32,000 bases of DNA from Fastidiosibacter lacustris (GTDB taxonomy: Bacteria; Pseudomonadota; Gammaproteobacteria; Francisellales; Francisellaceae), in the NCBI RefSeq assembly GCF_003428155.1, contig NZ_QLIR01000001.1:120001-152000 (forward strand), in the 5' to 3' direction. A program made the position numbers and the translations under genes. Positions 1 through 9,193 of the stretch are shown one piece after another. How positions within the stretch are numbered: position 1 is the first letter of the stretch; each line of letters starts with the position of its first letter. The notes below the pieces were generated by a model. The model had not been told where the DNA came from. It saw only the letters and a program-made list of their open reading frames with translations, and did not search any database.

Positions 1-674
1 TAACGACCAATAGGTCGGTAAGGATGCCCGTTTTGACTGTCATATCCGACAAGAATGGTCTCGCCATTTGTAAGTTCTATTCTGCCAGATCCTTGAATTT
101 GTAAAAATGTGCGCTCAATACGAGAGCCTACCCAAGCAATCACATCTTTTTTACTGAGATAATTGTTATTAGAAATTTCTTCACGTGTGTAATAAGGTAC
201 AAGTTTACCTTTTACAATTCTGCCATATTGTGTGCCTGATTTTGTTTTCTTTTGCACTAAGTTGTTGGGTGTCTTATAAATAGGCACAGAATACTCCTCA
301 TTACGGTATAAGCTACCAGAGATGGCTGGAGCATAATATCCTGTAAAAAGACCTTCGACTTTGTCATCATAACGAACAAGATAGGGAGAAAAGTTTTGCT
401 CTATTATCTCTCGTGCTTTACGATCTGTATGGGCATAAGTAGCAAGAACGTTGTTGCAGCTAGTTATCCAGTTTTGGTTATAGTTTTTATTAGTTAGAAT
501 GGCTTTACATGAAATTTGTAAGGCTTGATAAGCGTACATTTGATCACCACAGTCCCAGTTAGGTAAAATTTGATAGCTCACAGGTTCAAAGCTAATACTC
601 GTGTTAGCAAAAGAACTAATAGGTAGAAAAAGGCTTAAAAGGTTTATTTTTAGGGCTTTGGGAATAAGGCTCAT
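1..674 (-). CDS. mltA: Membrane-bound lytic murein transglycosylase A-like protein, N-terminal part (runs off the left edge)
   Basis: Manual minus-strand translation from the ATG at 674-672 gives MSLIPKALKINLLSLFLPISSFA... (signal peptide). It continues ...GLFTGYYAPAISGSL...RTFLQIQGSGRIELTNGETILVGYDSQNGHPYRPIGR, which matches MltA family motifs. Absent from the ORF track because it is truncated by the window edge. Confidence 0.75.
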   Translation of the reverse strand, partial: MSLIPKALKINLLSLFLPISSFANTSISFEPVSYQILPNWDCGDQMYAYQALQISCKAILTNKNYNQNWITSCNNVLATYAHTDRKAREIIEQNFSPYLVRYDDKVEGLFTGYYAPAISGSLYRNEEYSVPIYKTPNNLVQKKTKSGTQYGRIVKGKLVPYYTREEISNNNYLSKKDVIAWVGSRIERTFLQIQGSGRIELTNGETILVGYDSQNGHPYRPIGR

Positions 675-835
675 ATTGTAAGAGATATATTTTTCATGCT
701 GGTATTTTGGCGAGGATTCGATGGAAGTCAAGGCTATTTTTTGTTCTGAATATAAATTATATTTACATAGTTTGATGATGAATAATGATAAATAGCTAAA
801 GCCTTAAGCTATAGAGATAAAAAGTAAGATATTTT

Positions 836-863
836 CTTGAAATGCAAAAAAGCGCCCGCAATT
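836..863 (+). promoter_or_regulatory. Candidate sigma32 heat-shock promoter for grpE
   Basis: CTTGAA (836-841), 13-nt spacer, CCCGCAATT (855-863), compared with the sigma32 consensus CTTGAA-N13-15-CCCCATNT. It lies about 45 nt upstream of the grpE ATG. Confidence 0.5.
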
Positions 864-906
864 GATACGCCGTAATAAAAACAGATAAATCAAAATAGGT
901 GTATCA

Positions 907-1485
907 ATGTCAAAAAAACATCATAAAGAATCCACAAATGAAATTGAACTTGAGCAGGGTGAAGATCAGATAGAATCAGTATCCCAAATGATTGATGAAG
1001 TATTAGTACTTAAAAAAGAGAATAATGAATTGCAAACTACAATCGCAAATATGCAAGAAACCGTTGCTACTGCGGATGATAAAGTTCTGCGTGCGCATGC
1101 TGAAATGGAGAATATTCGTCGTCGTGCGCAAAAAGATGTGGAAAATGCACATAAATTTGCACTAGAGAGATTTGCTAATGCGTTATTACCAGTGCTAGAT
1201 AGCCTAGAAAAGGCGGTTGAAGTTTCTGGTGAGTCAGATGAAGTAAAGGTAATGGCACAAGGCGTAACACTTACCATGAAAATGTTAGTTGATACATTAG
1301 AGAAATTTGGTGTGATACAGATTGATCCAATTGGTGAGGTATTTGATCCAAATAAGCATGAAGCAATGGCGATGTCACCTAATCCTGAAATGGATGATAA
1401 TATGGTAATGAACGTTTTCCAAAAAGGTTATGAGCTCAATAATCGTGTAATTCGACCTGCCCGTGTCTTGGTTGTGAAAAACTAG
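907..1485 (+). CDS. grpE: Nucleotide exchange factor GrpE
   Basis: The 192-aa ORF has the typical GrpE core (LRAHAEMENIRRRAQKDVENAHKFALERFANALLPVLDSLEKA ... KGYELNNRVIRPARVLV). It sits directly upstream of dnaK. Confidence 0.95.
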   Translation: MSKKHHKESTNEIELEQGEDQIESVSQMIDEVLVLKKENNELQTTIANMQETVATADDKVLRAHAEMENIRRRAQKDVENAHKFALERFANALLPVLDSLEKAVEVSGESDEVKVMAQGVTLTMKMLVDTLEKFGVIQIDPIGEVFDPNKHEAMAMSPNPEMDDNMVMNVFQKGYELNNRVIRPARVLVVKN

Positions 1486-1509
1486 ATTTAAAAGAAGCTG
1501 AAAATAAAA

Positions 1510-1538
1510 CTTGAAAAATAAAAACGCGTCGGCATATT
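1510..1538 (+). promoter_or_regulatory. Candidate sigma32 heat-shock promoter for dnaK
   Basis: CTTGAA (1510-1515), 14-nt spacer, CGGCATATT (1530-1538), upstream of the AAAGGAG Shine-Dalgarno and the dnaK ATG. Confidence 0.5.
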
Positions 1539-1570
1539 CCTTGGCGTTAAATTAAAAGGAGATAACAACA

Positions 1571-3514
1571 ATGGGTAAAATTATTGGTATAGATTTGGGG
1601 ACAACGAATTCATGTGTTGCTGTTATGGATGGTAAGAATGCGCGCGTAATTGAAAACGCAGAAGGTGCGCGGACAACTCCTTCAATTGTTGCTTATACAG
1701 AAGGGGGTGAGATTCTCGTTGGTCAAGCAGCTAAACGCCAGGCGGTGACGAATCCGCATAATACGTTATTTGCTGTTAAACGTTTAATTGGTCGCAAGTT
1801 TGATGAAAAAGTTGTGCAACACGACATCGTTAAAAAAGTGCCATATAAAGTCATTAAGGCAGATAATGGTGATGCTTGGGTTGAAGTATTAAAAGATAAA
1901 AAAATGGCGTCACCTCAAGTTTCAGCTGAAGTGTTGCGTAAAATGAAAAAAACAGCAGAAGACTTTTTAGGTGAGAAAGTAACAGAAGCAGTTATTACTG
2001 TTCCTGCTTATTTCAACGATGCACAACGTCAAGCAACTAAAGATGCAGGACGCATTGCAGGTTTGGATGTTAAGCGTATTATTAACGAACCAACAGCGGC
2101 AGCGCTTGCCTATGGTATGGATAAACAAAAATCAGATCAAACTATTGCTGTTTATGATTTAGGAGGTGGTACGTTTGATGTGTCTATTATTGAGATTGCA
2201 AACGTTGATGGAGACAGTCAAATTGAAGTACTGGCAACAAATGGAGATACTTTCTTAGGTGGTGAAGATTTTGATGTGGCTTTAATGAATTATTTGATCA
2301 ATGAGTTCAAAAAAGAAAGTGGTATTGATCTACATAATGATACATTAGCACTTCAACGCTTACGTGAAGCCGCAGAAAAAGCAAAAATTGAACTATCGTC
2401 TACACAGCAAACCGATGTGAATTTGCCTTATATTACAGCAGATGCAACAGGTCCTAAGCATTTAAACATTAAAGTAACACGTGCTAAATTTGAGTCTTTA
2501 GTTGAAGATTTGATTAAACGTTCAATTGAACCTTGTAGAAAAGCGTTAGCAGATGCAGGCTTAAAAGTATCCGATATTACCGATGTATTATTAGTTGGTG
2601 GTCAAACGCGTATGCCTAAAGTACAAGAGGAAGTCAAAAGCTTTTTTAACAAAGAACCACGCCGTGATGTTAACCCAGATGAAGCAGTAGCAATTGGTGC
2701 TGCAATCCAAGGTGGAGTATTAGCAGGAGACGTTAAAGATGTGTTGTTATTAGATGTAACGCCTTTATCTTTGGGTATTGAAACAATGGGAGGTGTAATG
2801 ACCAAGCTGATTGAGCGGAATACCACTATCCCAACTAAGAAATCACAAGTCTTTTCAACTGCAGAAGATAATCAACCTGCTGTGACCATTCATGTACTAC
2901 AAGGAGAGCGTGAGATGGCGTCAGCAAATAAGTCCTTAGGGCGCTTTGACTTATCTGATATTCCTCCAGCACCACGTGGAATGCCACAAATCGAAGTAAC
3001 TTTTGATATTGATGCCAATGGTATTTTGAACGTATCAGCAAAAGACAAGGCGACAGGTAAAGAACAAAATATTGTGATTAAAGCATCAAGTGGCTTATCT
3101 GAAGATGATATTAATAAAATGGTGCAAGATGCTGAAGCAAATGCAGAAACAGATAAGAAATTCCATGGGTTGGTAAATGCAAGAAATGCAGGTGATAATT
3201 TATTACACAGTGCACGTAAATCAATAAAAGACTTAGCAAATAAAATTACTGATGAAGAAAAAACAAAAGTAGAAACTGCATGTAATGAACTAGAGGCTGT
3301 GTTAAAAACAGATGATAAAGATAACATTGAGTTGAAGACAAAAGCACTAGAAGAAGCATTTGCGCCGATTTCACAAAAGGCCTATGAGTATGCACAAGGT
3401 AAAGCAGATGCAACACAAAATCATACTTCATCTGATGACTCAAATGCTAAGAAAGCAGATAGTAATGTCGTTGACGCTGAATTTGAAGAAGTGAAAGATG
3501 ACGATAAGAAATAA
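1571..3514 (+). CDS. dnaK: Molecular chaperone DnaK (Hsp70)
   Basis: 647-aa ORF with [30 protein letters not shown] and an acidic C-terminal tail. This is unmistakable Hsp70. Confidence 0.99.
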   Translation: MGKIIGIDLGTTNSCVAVMDGKNARVIENAEGARTTPSIVAYTEGGEILVGQAAKRQAVTNPHNTLFAVKRLIGRKFDEKVVQHDIVKKVPYKVIKADNGDAWVEVLKDKKMASPQVSAEVLRKMKKTAEDFLGEKVTEAVITVPAYFNDAQRQATKDAGRIAGLDVKRIINEPTAAALAYGMDKQKSDQTIAVYDLGGGTFDVSIIEIANVDGDSQIEVLATNGDTFLGGEDFDVALMNYLINEFKKESGIDLHNDTLALQRLREAAEKAKIELSSTQQTDVNLPYITADATGPKHLNIKVTRAKFESLVEDLIKRSIEPCRKALADAGLKVSDITDVLLVGGQTRMPKVQEEVKSFFNKEPRRDVNPDEAVAIGAAIQGGVLAGDVKDVLLLDVTPLSLGIETMGGVMTKLIERNTTIPTKKSQVFSTAEDNQPAVTIHVLQGEREMASANKSLGRFDLSDIPPAPRGMPQIEVTFDIDANGILNVSAKDKATGKEQNIVIKASSGLSEDDINKMVQDAEANAETDKKFHGLVNARNAGDNLLHSARKSIKDLANKITDEEKTKVETACNELEAVLKTDDKDNIELKTKALEEAFAPISQKAYEYAQGKADATQNHTSSDDSNAKKADSNVVDAEFEEVKDDDKK

Positions 3515-3535
3515 TAAAAGCTAACTTTTAACTTG

Positions 3536-3563
3536 AAAAATGCGGGCATGTTCCGCATTTTTT
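3536..3563 (+). terminator. Rho-independent terminator after dnaK (overlaps a third sigma32-like motif)
   Basis: AAAAATGCGG-GCATGTT-CCGCATTTTTT, a GC-containing stem followed by a T run, about 20 nt after the dnaK stop. Confidence 0.6.
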
Positions 3564-3603
3564 ATAGCGTTTTAAATGCAGACGAGAATAATGGTAAAAA
3601 GAC

Positions 3604-4719
3604 ATGCCCAGAGATTATTACGAAATATTAGGCGTATCCAAGAGTGCAACAGAACAGGAACTCAAACGTGCTTATCGTAAAATGGCGATGAAGTATCACC
3701 CTGATCGAAACCCAAATGATAAAGATGCCGAGACTAAATTCAAAGAAGCTTCAGAAGCTTATGAAATATTAAGCGATCCGCAAAAGCGTGCAGCATATGA
3801 CCAATTTGGTCATGCTGGTGTCCAACAAGGCTCAGGACATGGTGGGTTTAGCGGTGGTAACTTTAATGATGTTTTTGGTGATATTTTTAGTGATATTTTC
3901 GGTGGTGGGGCGCGGGGCGGAAGAAGCTCTCGTACTTATGCTCGTCGTGGTAACGATTTACAATATAACCTTGAAATTACCCTAGAAGAAGCAATTCATG
4001 GTACAACAAAGGAAATTAAAGTTCCAACTTATGTCAGCTGTGGTAGCTGTCATGGAACAGGGGGAACTGGTAAACAGACCTGTAGCATGTGTCATGGGGC
4101 TGGAGCTGTGAGAATGTCACAAGGTTTTTTTTCCGTTGAGCAGACATGCCCAACTTGTCATGGAACAGGTTCAATAATTAAAGATCCGTGTCGATCTTGT
4201 CATGGACAAGGTAGAAAACAGGATACCAAATCATTATCGGTTAAAATCCCAGCAGGTGTGGATACAGGGGATAGAATTAGGCTTGCAGGTGAAGGGGAAG
4301 CTGGTGAATATGGTGCCTCTTCTGGAGATTTATATGTGCAAGTACGTGTAAGAGAGCATGCTATTTTTGAGCGTAATGGTTCGGATCTTTATTGTGAAGT
4401 ACCTATTACTTTCATCATAGCATGTTTAGGTGGTGAGTTAGATGTGCCTACTATTGATGGTAAGGTGAAGCTTAAAATTCCACCTGAAACGCAAACAGGT
4501 AAATTATTTAGGTTACGTGGTAAAGGCGTTAAAGCGTTGCGAGGTAATAGCATGGGAGACTTAATGTGTAAAGTAACCGTTGAAACACCCGTTAATTTAA
4601 ATACCAAACAGCGTGCTTTATTAGAGGAGTTTGCTGCCTCTTTAGGCGAACAACATACGCACTCGCCAAAGTCAAAATCTTGGTTTGATAACGTTAAAGA
4701 GTTTTTTGCAGGTTCCTAA
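3604..4719 (+). CDS. dnaJ: Co-chaperone DnaJ (Hsp40)
   Basis: J domain with the HPD motif (KYHPDRNP), a G/F-rich region and four CxxCxGxG zinc-finger repeats. Confidence 0.98.
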   Translation: MPRDYYEILGVSKSATEQELKRAYRKMAMKYHPDRNPNDKDAETKFKEASEAYEILSDPQKRAAYDQFGHAGVQQGSGHGGFSGGNFNDVFGDIFSDIFGGGARGGRSSRTYARRGNDLQYNLEITLEEAIHGTTKEIKVPTYVSCGSCHGTGGTGKQTCSMCHGAGAVRMSQGFFSVEQTCPTCHGTGSIIKDPCRSCHGQGRKQDTKSLSVKIPAGVDTGDRIRLAGEGEAGEYGASSGDLYVQVRVREHAIFERNGSDLYCEVPITFIIACLGGELDVPTIDGKVKLKIPPETQTGKLFRLRGKGVKALRGNSMGDLMCKVTVETPVNLNTKQRALLEEFAASLGEQHTHSPKSKSWFDNVKEFFAGS

Positions 4720-4812
4720 AATTTCAGGCGTTATAGAAAAACGTGATTATAAATCCGAGATTTTGATTGCTTTTTTTTGATACTTTCACAATCTGCAAAC
4801 GATTAGAATTAG

Positions 4813-4889
<77 letters not shown>

Positions 4890-5105
4890 TATGAAAGCCT
4901 TACAAAATAATATTTTATCAAATAAATAAAAAAGCAATAAAAGGTAATGATTAAAACTAAAGGTAACATATAGGTAACAAGGAAAATCTGTTATGAGGTG
5001 TGATGTTGGTTGTACAATTCACTCAGGTACAGCCAGGATATCAATTAAAAAAATTGAGTTTGTGTAAAGTTTTAGTTTTTAATGCACAAAGTTTTAATGT
5101 TTTTA

Positions 5106-5125
5106 TTGCATAATATAATATGCAA
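5106..5125 (+). promoter_or_regulatory. Near-palindrome containing a TATAAT box upstream of hicA (candidate hicAB promoter/operator)
   Basis: TTGCATA-ATATAA-TATGCAA has outer 7-nt arms that are perfectly inverted. TATAAT lies at 5114-5119, about 45 nt upstream of the hicA ATG. Confidence 0.35.
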
Positions 5126-5163
5126 AGCCATAATTTGATAAAATTTTGGATGACGGAAGCAAT

Positions 5164-5365
5164 ATGCCGATAAAGCCAGAAGAAATTGCTAAAATCCTAA
5201 AACAAAATGGATGGATAGAGCTTAAGAAAAGGCAAGGGTTCGCATAGGCAATATATAAAAGATGGTAAATTGACAACAATTCCATTTCATAAAGGTAGAG
5301 ACGTTCCTTATCCAACTGTTAAAATGATTGAAAAACAAACAAGTGTAAAATTGTTGAAAAAATGA
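5164..5365 (+). pseudogene. hicA: hicA-like mRNA interferase toxin, disrupted by a 1-nt frameshift
   Basis: The ATG at 5164 gives MPIKPEEIAKILKQNGWIELKKRQGFA and then a stop. The next frame continues GSHRQYIKDGKLTTIPFHKGRDVPYPTVKMIEKQTSVKLLKK and a stop. Joined, they form a typical roughly 66-aa HicA. The span is 202 nt, which is not a multiple of 3. Confidence 0.7.
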
Positions 5366-5373
5366 GGTAGATT

Positions 5374-5799
5374 ATGGAAACACTACGTTATCCCGCAAAA
5401 ATCACCCAAGAGGATGAGGCTTATATTGTGCTTTTCCGTGATTTAGAGGGATGTCATACTTTTGGTGATACTTTGGAGGAAGCACGTGCTATGGCGCAAG
5501 AAGCATTAGATTGCTATCTTGAAGCTTGCTTGCAGGAAGGAATTAAAGTGAATCGCCCATCAGTAAAACTTGATGATGAAACAGAATTTTTCCCATCAGT
5601 TGAGGTATCTGTGCCTCTCTTACTGCGTTTTTGTCGTGAAGACCATAATATGACGATGATACAGATGGCAAATGCAATGGATATTGCCTACCAGAATTAT
5701 CAAGCAATTGAATCTGGTAAACGCAAGAATTTGACTCTCATCACGCTCAAAAAAGCATTTGCTGCAATCGGTTGCCAAGCAAGATTACAGCTTGGTTAA
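5374..5799 (+). CDS. hicB: HicB-family antitoxin (N-terminal HicB fold plus C-terminal XRE-type HTH)
   Basis: METLRYPAKITQEDEAYIVLFRDLEGCHTFGDTLEEARAMAQEALDCYLE is a classic HicB N-terminus. It sits immediately downstream of hicA. Confidence 0.85.
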   Translation: METLRYPAKITQEDEAYIVLFRDLEGCHTFGDTLEEARAMAQEALDCYLEACLQEGIKVNRPSVKLDDETEFFPSVEVSVPLLLRFCREDHNMTMIQMANAMDIAYQNYQAIESGKRKNLTLITLKKAFAAIGCQARLQLG

Positions 5800-6105
5800 A
5801 TCATCCTCAACGCTTTGCGAGCGAGCGATTCCGTCCTTCTTTAATCTTTTTACGTTAAGTTCATTATTTTGTTGAGACATAATGTTTTTCTACATTTTTA
5901 TGAGTTAACAGATAGATAATATATGAGATTGTTAGGTTTAATAAATATATTATTTTTAATATAAAGCTTTATTTCTTTTCACTATATAACATCTTAGGTT
6001 CTATTTGTTACATAAAATATCTTGTTAAAAAAATTATAACTTGGATAATCAATTTTGCTTTAAATGCTTTATGAGCAATTTTCAGTAACTTTATTAGGGA
6101 GACTC

Positions 6106-6861
6106 ATGATGAAAAAATTATTTGGTAGTTTAGTTTTTGCTATAGGATTTGGTTTTTCTGTAGCATATGGAGGACCTTTTTACTTGCTATGTTTTATGTC
6201 ATGTGTCGCTGGATGTGAAGCAATTTGCGCTGCGCTTACAGGACCTGCTGCTGTTGCATGTTTGCCTCCTTGCGTTGAGGGTTGTGGAGCATCATGTGTT
6301 GCGTCATGTTTTTCTCCCTCAACAAAATTAATCACCAAAGAAAATGGAGTAGAAATAGAAAAAGAAATAGCTAATATACATCCTGGCGACCAAGTTAAAA
6401 CCATTAAAAATGGAAAACCATTTTGGACGACAGTAACAAAAAATATTAAAACTGAAGGATTATTTGAATTTATCCGAATTAAGGCTAATTCATCATCAAA
6501 TCAACAAACGATAGAACTTGAAATTACTCCAAGTCATGGTGTGGTAATGCTTGTTGACAACAATAAAACGATTGATATAGCAAAAAACTTAGTTCTTGGT
6601 GATAATTTGTTGGCATCTAATGGTGACATGTTGTCAGTAACCGAGATTAATACGGTAGTAGTGCCAGATAGATACACTCTTGAAACTGCTGAAGGTAGTG
6701 TATTAGCCTCTAATGTGTTTGTCTCTACTATTTGTAGTGAAGAAATAGCTAATGGAGAGCAACTTTGGGATGATAAATTAAAAGATTGGAGCGAAAGGCA
6801 TAGAGATATTTTTTCAGCTCAAATTGTGGGACAGGTTTTTGATAAATCAAAAAATAACTAA
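6106..6861 (+). CDS. Secreted Cys-rich (CxxxC-repeat) peptide fused to a Hedgehog/intein-type Hint autoprocessing domain
   Basis: GGGAG Shine-Dalgarno before the ATGATG at 6106. Sec-type signal peptide MMKKLFGSLVFAIGFGFSVAYG, then about 45 aa with 8 Cys, mostly spaced CxxxC. Next comes CFSPST (Hint block A Cys-Phe), ITPSHGVV (TxxH block B) and VLASNVFVSTIC near the end of the domain. Confidence 0.6.
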   Translation: MMKKLFGSLVFAIGFGFSVAYGGPFYLLCFMSCVAGCEAICAALTGPAAVACLPPCVEGCGASCVASCFSPSTKLITKENGVEIEKEIANIHPGDQVKTIKNGKPFWTTVTKNIKTEGLFEFIRIKANSSSNQQTIELEITPSHGVVMLVDNNKTIDIAKNLVLGDNLLASNGDMLSVTEINTVVVPDRYTLETAEGSVLASNVFVSTICSEEIANGEQLWDDKLKDWSERHRDIFSAQIVGQVFDKSKNN

Positions 6862-6918
6862 AAATAACACTTTATATGATCGTAAGCTAAACCTGATGTT
6901 TGGTTGGTTTACTCTTAT

Positions 6919-7122
6919 TCACTTATAGGCAAACCTACACTTATCAGTTATTACCCTTGCAAATCCAATAATTTCATCATTAAAAAATATGGCTGCACAT
7001 AAAGAGTTTTGTATTGCCTTTTGTACAATATTTAAAGGTATATTCTTACACCAATAGCATTCTTTTAGCCAATGGTGTAATGTTTTTATATCAATTTTTT
7101 CTTTTTGAATGTCAAAAATATG
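6919..7122 (-). pseudogene. Remnant of a GNAT-family N-acetyltransferase gene (N-terminal about 65 codons only, no ATG)
   Basis: Manual minus-strand translation gives HIFDIQKEKIDIKTLHHWLKECYWCKNIPLNIVQKAIQNSLCAAIFFNDEIIGFARVITDKCRFAYK and a stop. This matches the N-terminal half of small GNAT proteins (..SYWA.. NSL.. GFARV.TD..FAY) but ends before the acetyl-CoA binding motif. Confidence 0.4.
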
Positions 7123-7168
7123 CTAAAATGATTCATAATGATGTTTTATTGAATCTAAAGGCGTTGTG

Positions 7169-7399
7169 ATGAGTGGAAAAATTCAAGTTACAGTCGATGA
7201 AAGTTTAAATAAGGCTATTCATGTTCAGGCACAAAAAATGGGGTTGTCTGTTAGTTCTTATGCAAGGTATGCCATTAAGGATTTTATGGAGCGAAATAAG
7301 TCGAAGAAGACACTACTGGAAAAGGCGCTGGAATCTGAGAGCAAGGAAATTAGTTTGGCTGCTTTTAAAGAACAAATTAAGGCGCTGAGAGGTGCTTAA
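7169..7399 (+). CDS. Ribbon-helix-helix antitoxin (RelB/DinJ/ParD-like)
   Basis: Small ORF MSGKIQVTVDESLNKAIHVQAQKMGLSVSSYARYAIKDFM with an RHH pattern. Its end overlaps the toxin gene start by 8 nt. Confidence 0.7.
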   Translation: MSGKIQVTVDESLNKAIHVQAQKMGLSVSSYARYAIKDFMERNKSKKTLLEKALESESKEISLAAFKEQIKALRGA

Positions 7400-7664
7400 A
7401 TTATATCAAAAGAAAGAGTTCAAGAAATCGCTTAAAAAATATCGTCATAAGCAAAAGGTACTTAATGAATTAGAGAAAGTCGTCGAATTGTTAATACATG
7501 AGAAGGTTTTGCCCGTGAAATATAGAGATCATGAATTATCGGGAAATTTTAAAGGAATTAGAGAATTGCACTTATTTTCAGATGACCTTTTGATGTATGT
7601 TAAGATTGAAAAGGAAAGCATTACATTGGTTGCTATAGGCAGTCATGCTGAGTTGTTTGGTTAA
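7392..7664 (+). CDS. YafQ/RelE-family type II toxin (mRNA interferase)
   Basis: GTG start after GAGAGG. The protein ...KYRDHELSGNFKGIRELHLFSDDLLMYVKIEKESITLVAIGSHAELFG matches the YafQ signature (DH.L.G...G.RECH...D.LLIY......L.L.R.GSH..LF). Confidence 0.8.
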   Translation: MLKLYQKKEFKKSLKKYRHKQKVLNELEKVVELLIHEKVLPVKYRDHELSGNFKGIRELHLFSDDLLMYVKIEKESITLVAIGSHAELFG

Positions 7665-8316
7665 ACAAATCATCCTCAACAGTTGCCCAGCTGGTGCTGA
7701 ACATTTGCAAAGCGTCAGATGTTTGTAATGGTTCTTCAGCGAGCTTTCTTAAAATGTCACTCGGTGCAGTCACCGCTTGCGCGCCAATGTCCATGCTGTA
7801 GTAAATATCCTCAATGTTTTTAATGCTTGCCATCATTAATTTGCTCTTGCAGTTGACGCTTTTGACGATGTCAGCCATCCTCCTGATTTCGTTTTCCCAG
7901 TTTATATTAGATTGTTTTATATGATCAAAATAAGGGGCAATATAGTCAACATTTAGTTGACAAGATGTAAGCACCTGTCCAGCAGTGAATATGGCTGTCG
8001 ATAACACGGGAATATTCTCACTAACAAGCTCTTTCATTGCCTTGAATCCTTGCTTATTGGCTTGGATTTTTACTATAAATCGGGTAGAAATTGTTCTCAG
8101 ATGACGTGCTTGAGCAATGATCCCGAGAGTATCCTGTGCAGTAACTTGAACGCAGATAGGCTGATCGTTTATTTCAAGCAATCGTTGAAGAGTCTGCAAG
8201 GGACTATTTTGGCTACTAGCTAAGATTTTAGGATTAGTAGTAATGCCACTTGTAAGTCCGACATGATCAAAGTATCTAGCATCACTTAAGTTTGAGCTGT
8301 CTAGCCATATTTCCAT
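7633..8316 (-). CDS. Transaldolase-family protein (fructose-6-phosphate aldolase/TalC-like)
   Basis: MEIWLDSSNLSDARYFDHVGLTSGITTNPKILA..., then FIVKIQ (position of the Schiff-base Lys motif VKIP) and ...YIAPYFDHI. Length is about 220 aa, like the FSA/TalC subfamily. Confidence 0.75.
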   Translation of the reverse strand: MEIWLDSSNLSDARYFDHVGLTSGITTNPKILASSQNSPLQTLQRLLEINDQPICVQVTAQDTLGIIAQARHLRTISTRFIVKIQANKQGFKAMKELVSENIPVLSTAIFTAGQVLTSCQLNVDYIAPYFDHIKQSNINWENEIRRMADIVKSVNCKSKLMMASIKNIEDIYYSMDIGAQAVTAPSDILRKLAEEPLQTSDALQMFSTSWATVEDDLFNQTTQHDCL

Positions 8317-8325
8317 GTTGTTTCC

Positions 8326-9114
8326 TTATAAATTAATTTTTGTCGCTTTTGCAGCGAGCTCATACAATGTATTGCATTCAAATTTTGCTTTTAATGTTGA
8401 TAGTTGATTGTCAACCGTTTTTACTGATCGACAGCGTTTGCTTGCTGTTTCTTTTAAATTTAATCCTCCTTTAAGAAAATTTAAAATTCTGCGTTCTTGT
8501 CTTGTGATATATTGACCTGATTGTGAATCAATATATATTTTGCTAGTGCTCTTATCAAGCACTGTCACAAGCTCATTAATAATTTGATCAGATATTGAGA
8601 CACTTGAAGGCTTAATAACAAAGTCTGGAATAATGATTTTTTGATTTTCTGCTTCTGTAATAATATGTGATGCTTTGTCATTAAAATAATTGATAAATGC
8701 ATGCAGTGCGGACAGTATTTTACCTAAATCATTGTGCTCTAAAGATACATGGCGGTGAAAACCAAAGTGATAAAATTTGGTTTTAGTTGTATGCTTTTTA
8801 ATGATTGTAATACCATTTTCTATGCCGAAATCACTAGCCTCACGATACACTGGGGATTGAACCCATTCCCAAAGAATGTGACCATCTTGCATGTGTTGAA
8901 ATCCTTTTTCAAAGATAGCAACATTATACAGCTTATGATCATAATAATGCTGAATCCAGTCTGAGTGGGTAGTTAATCTGACATGTGAGCCATCTAAATA
9001 ATTCGCGTCAAATGTAAAGTAGTTTAAGCCGATTCGTTCCAATGGTTTTACAAGTAGTTTGATATCATGCACGTTGCGTTCCATTACTCTGTTTTGAATT
9101 AAATTTTGCTCCAT
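8326..9114 (-). CDS. LuxR-family transcriptional regulator (C-terminal GerE/LuxR HTH, N-terminal ligand-type domain)
   Basis: The C-terminus ITRQERRILNFLKGGLNLKETASKRCRSVKTVDNQLSTLKAKFECNTLYELAAKA is a LuxR-type HTH. Confidence 0.8.
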   Translation of the reverse strand: MEQNLIQNRVMERNVHDIKLLVKPLERIGLNYFTFDANYLDGSHVRLTTHSDWIQHYYDHKLYNVAIFEKGFQHMQDGHILWEWVQSPVYREASDFGIENGITIIKKHTTKTKFYHFGFHRHVSLEHNDLGKILSALHAFINYFNDKASHIITEAENQKIIIPDFVIKPSSVSISDQIINELVTVLDKSTSKIYIDSQSGQYITRQERRILNFLKGGLNLKETASKRCRSVKTVDNQLSTLKAKFECNTLYELAAKATKINL

Positions 9115-9193
9115 TTATTAAGTACCTCAATATTATTTCTGTTGTGAAAACAATTCTTATCTTGATACCCCATTCCCCAGTCCCAGCGGTTCG

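Noticed and set aside
966-4607. Minus-strand and alternative-frame ORFs inside grpE, dnaK and dnaJ (966..1277, 2602..2826, 2835..3041, 2890..3327, 3246..3443, 3788..3985, 4389..4607)
   Set aside because: They lie entirely within highly conserved chaperone genes. They are shadow ORFs with low-complexity translations.
4890-5160. Integrase or att remnant directly downstream of tRNA-Arg
   Set aside because: No integrase-like ORF occurs in any frame, and no repeat of the tRNA 3' end was found by eye. The islet may still be horizontally acquired, but a mechanism is not supported.
5103-5315. 70-aa minus-strand ORF opposite hicA
   Set aside because: The plus strand encodes a recognisable (frameshifted) HicA at this position, and the minus-strand translation is hydrophobic noise.
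6307-6750. Classical intein
   Set aside because: No recognisable host protein (extein) flanks the Hint domain, and no HN-C/S/T C-terminal splice junction is present. It is interpreted as a Hedgehog/BIL-type autoprocessing domain.
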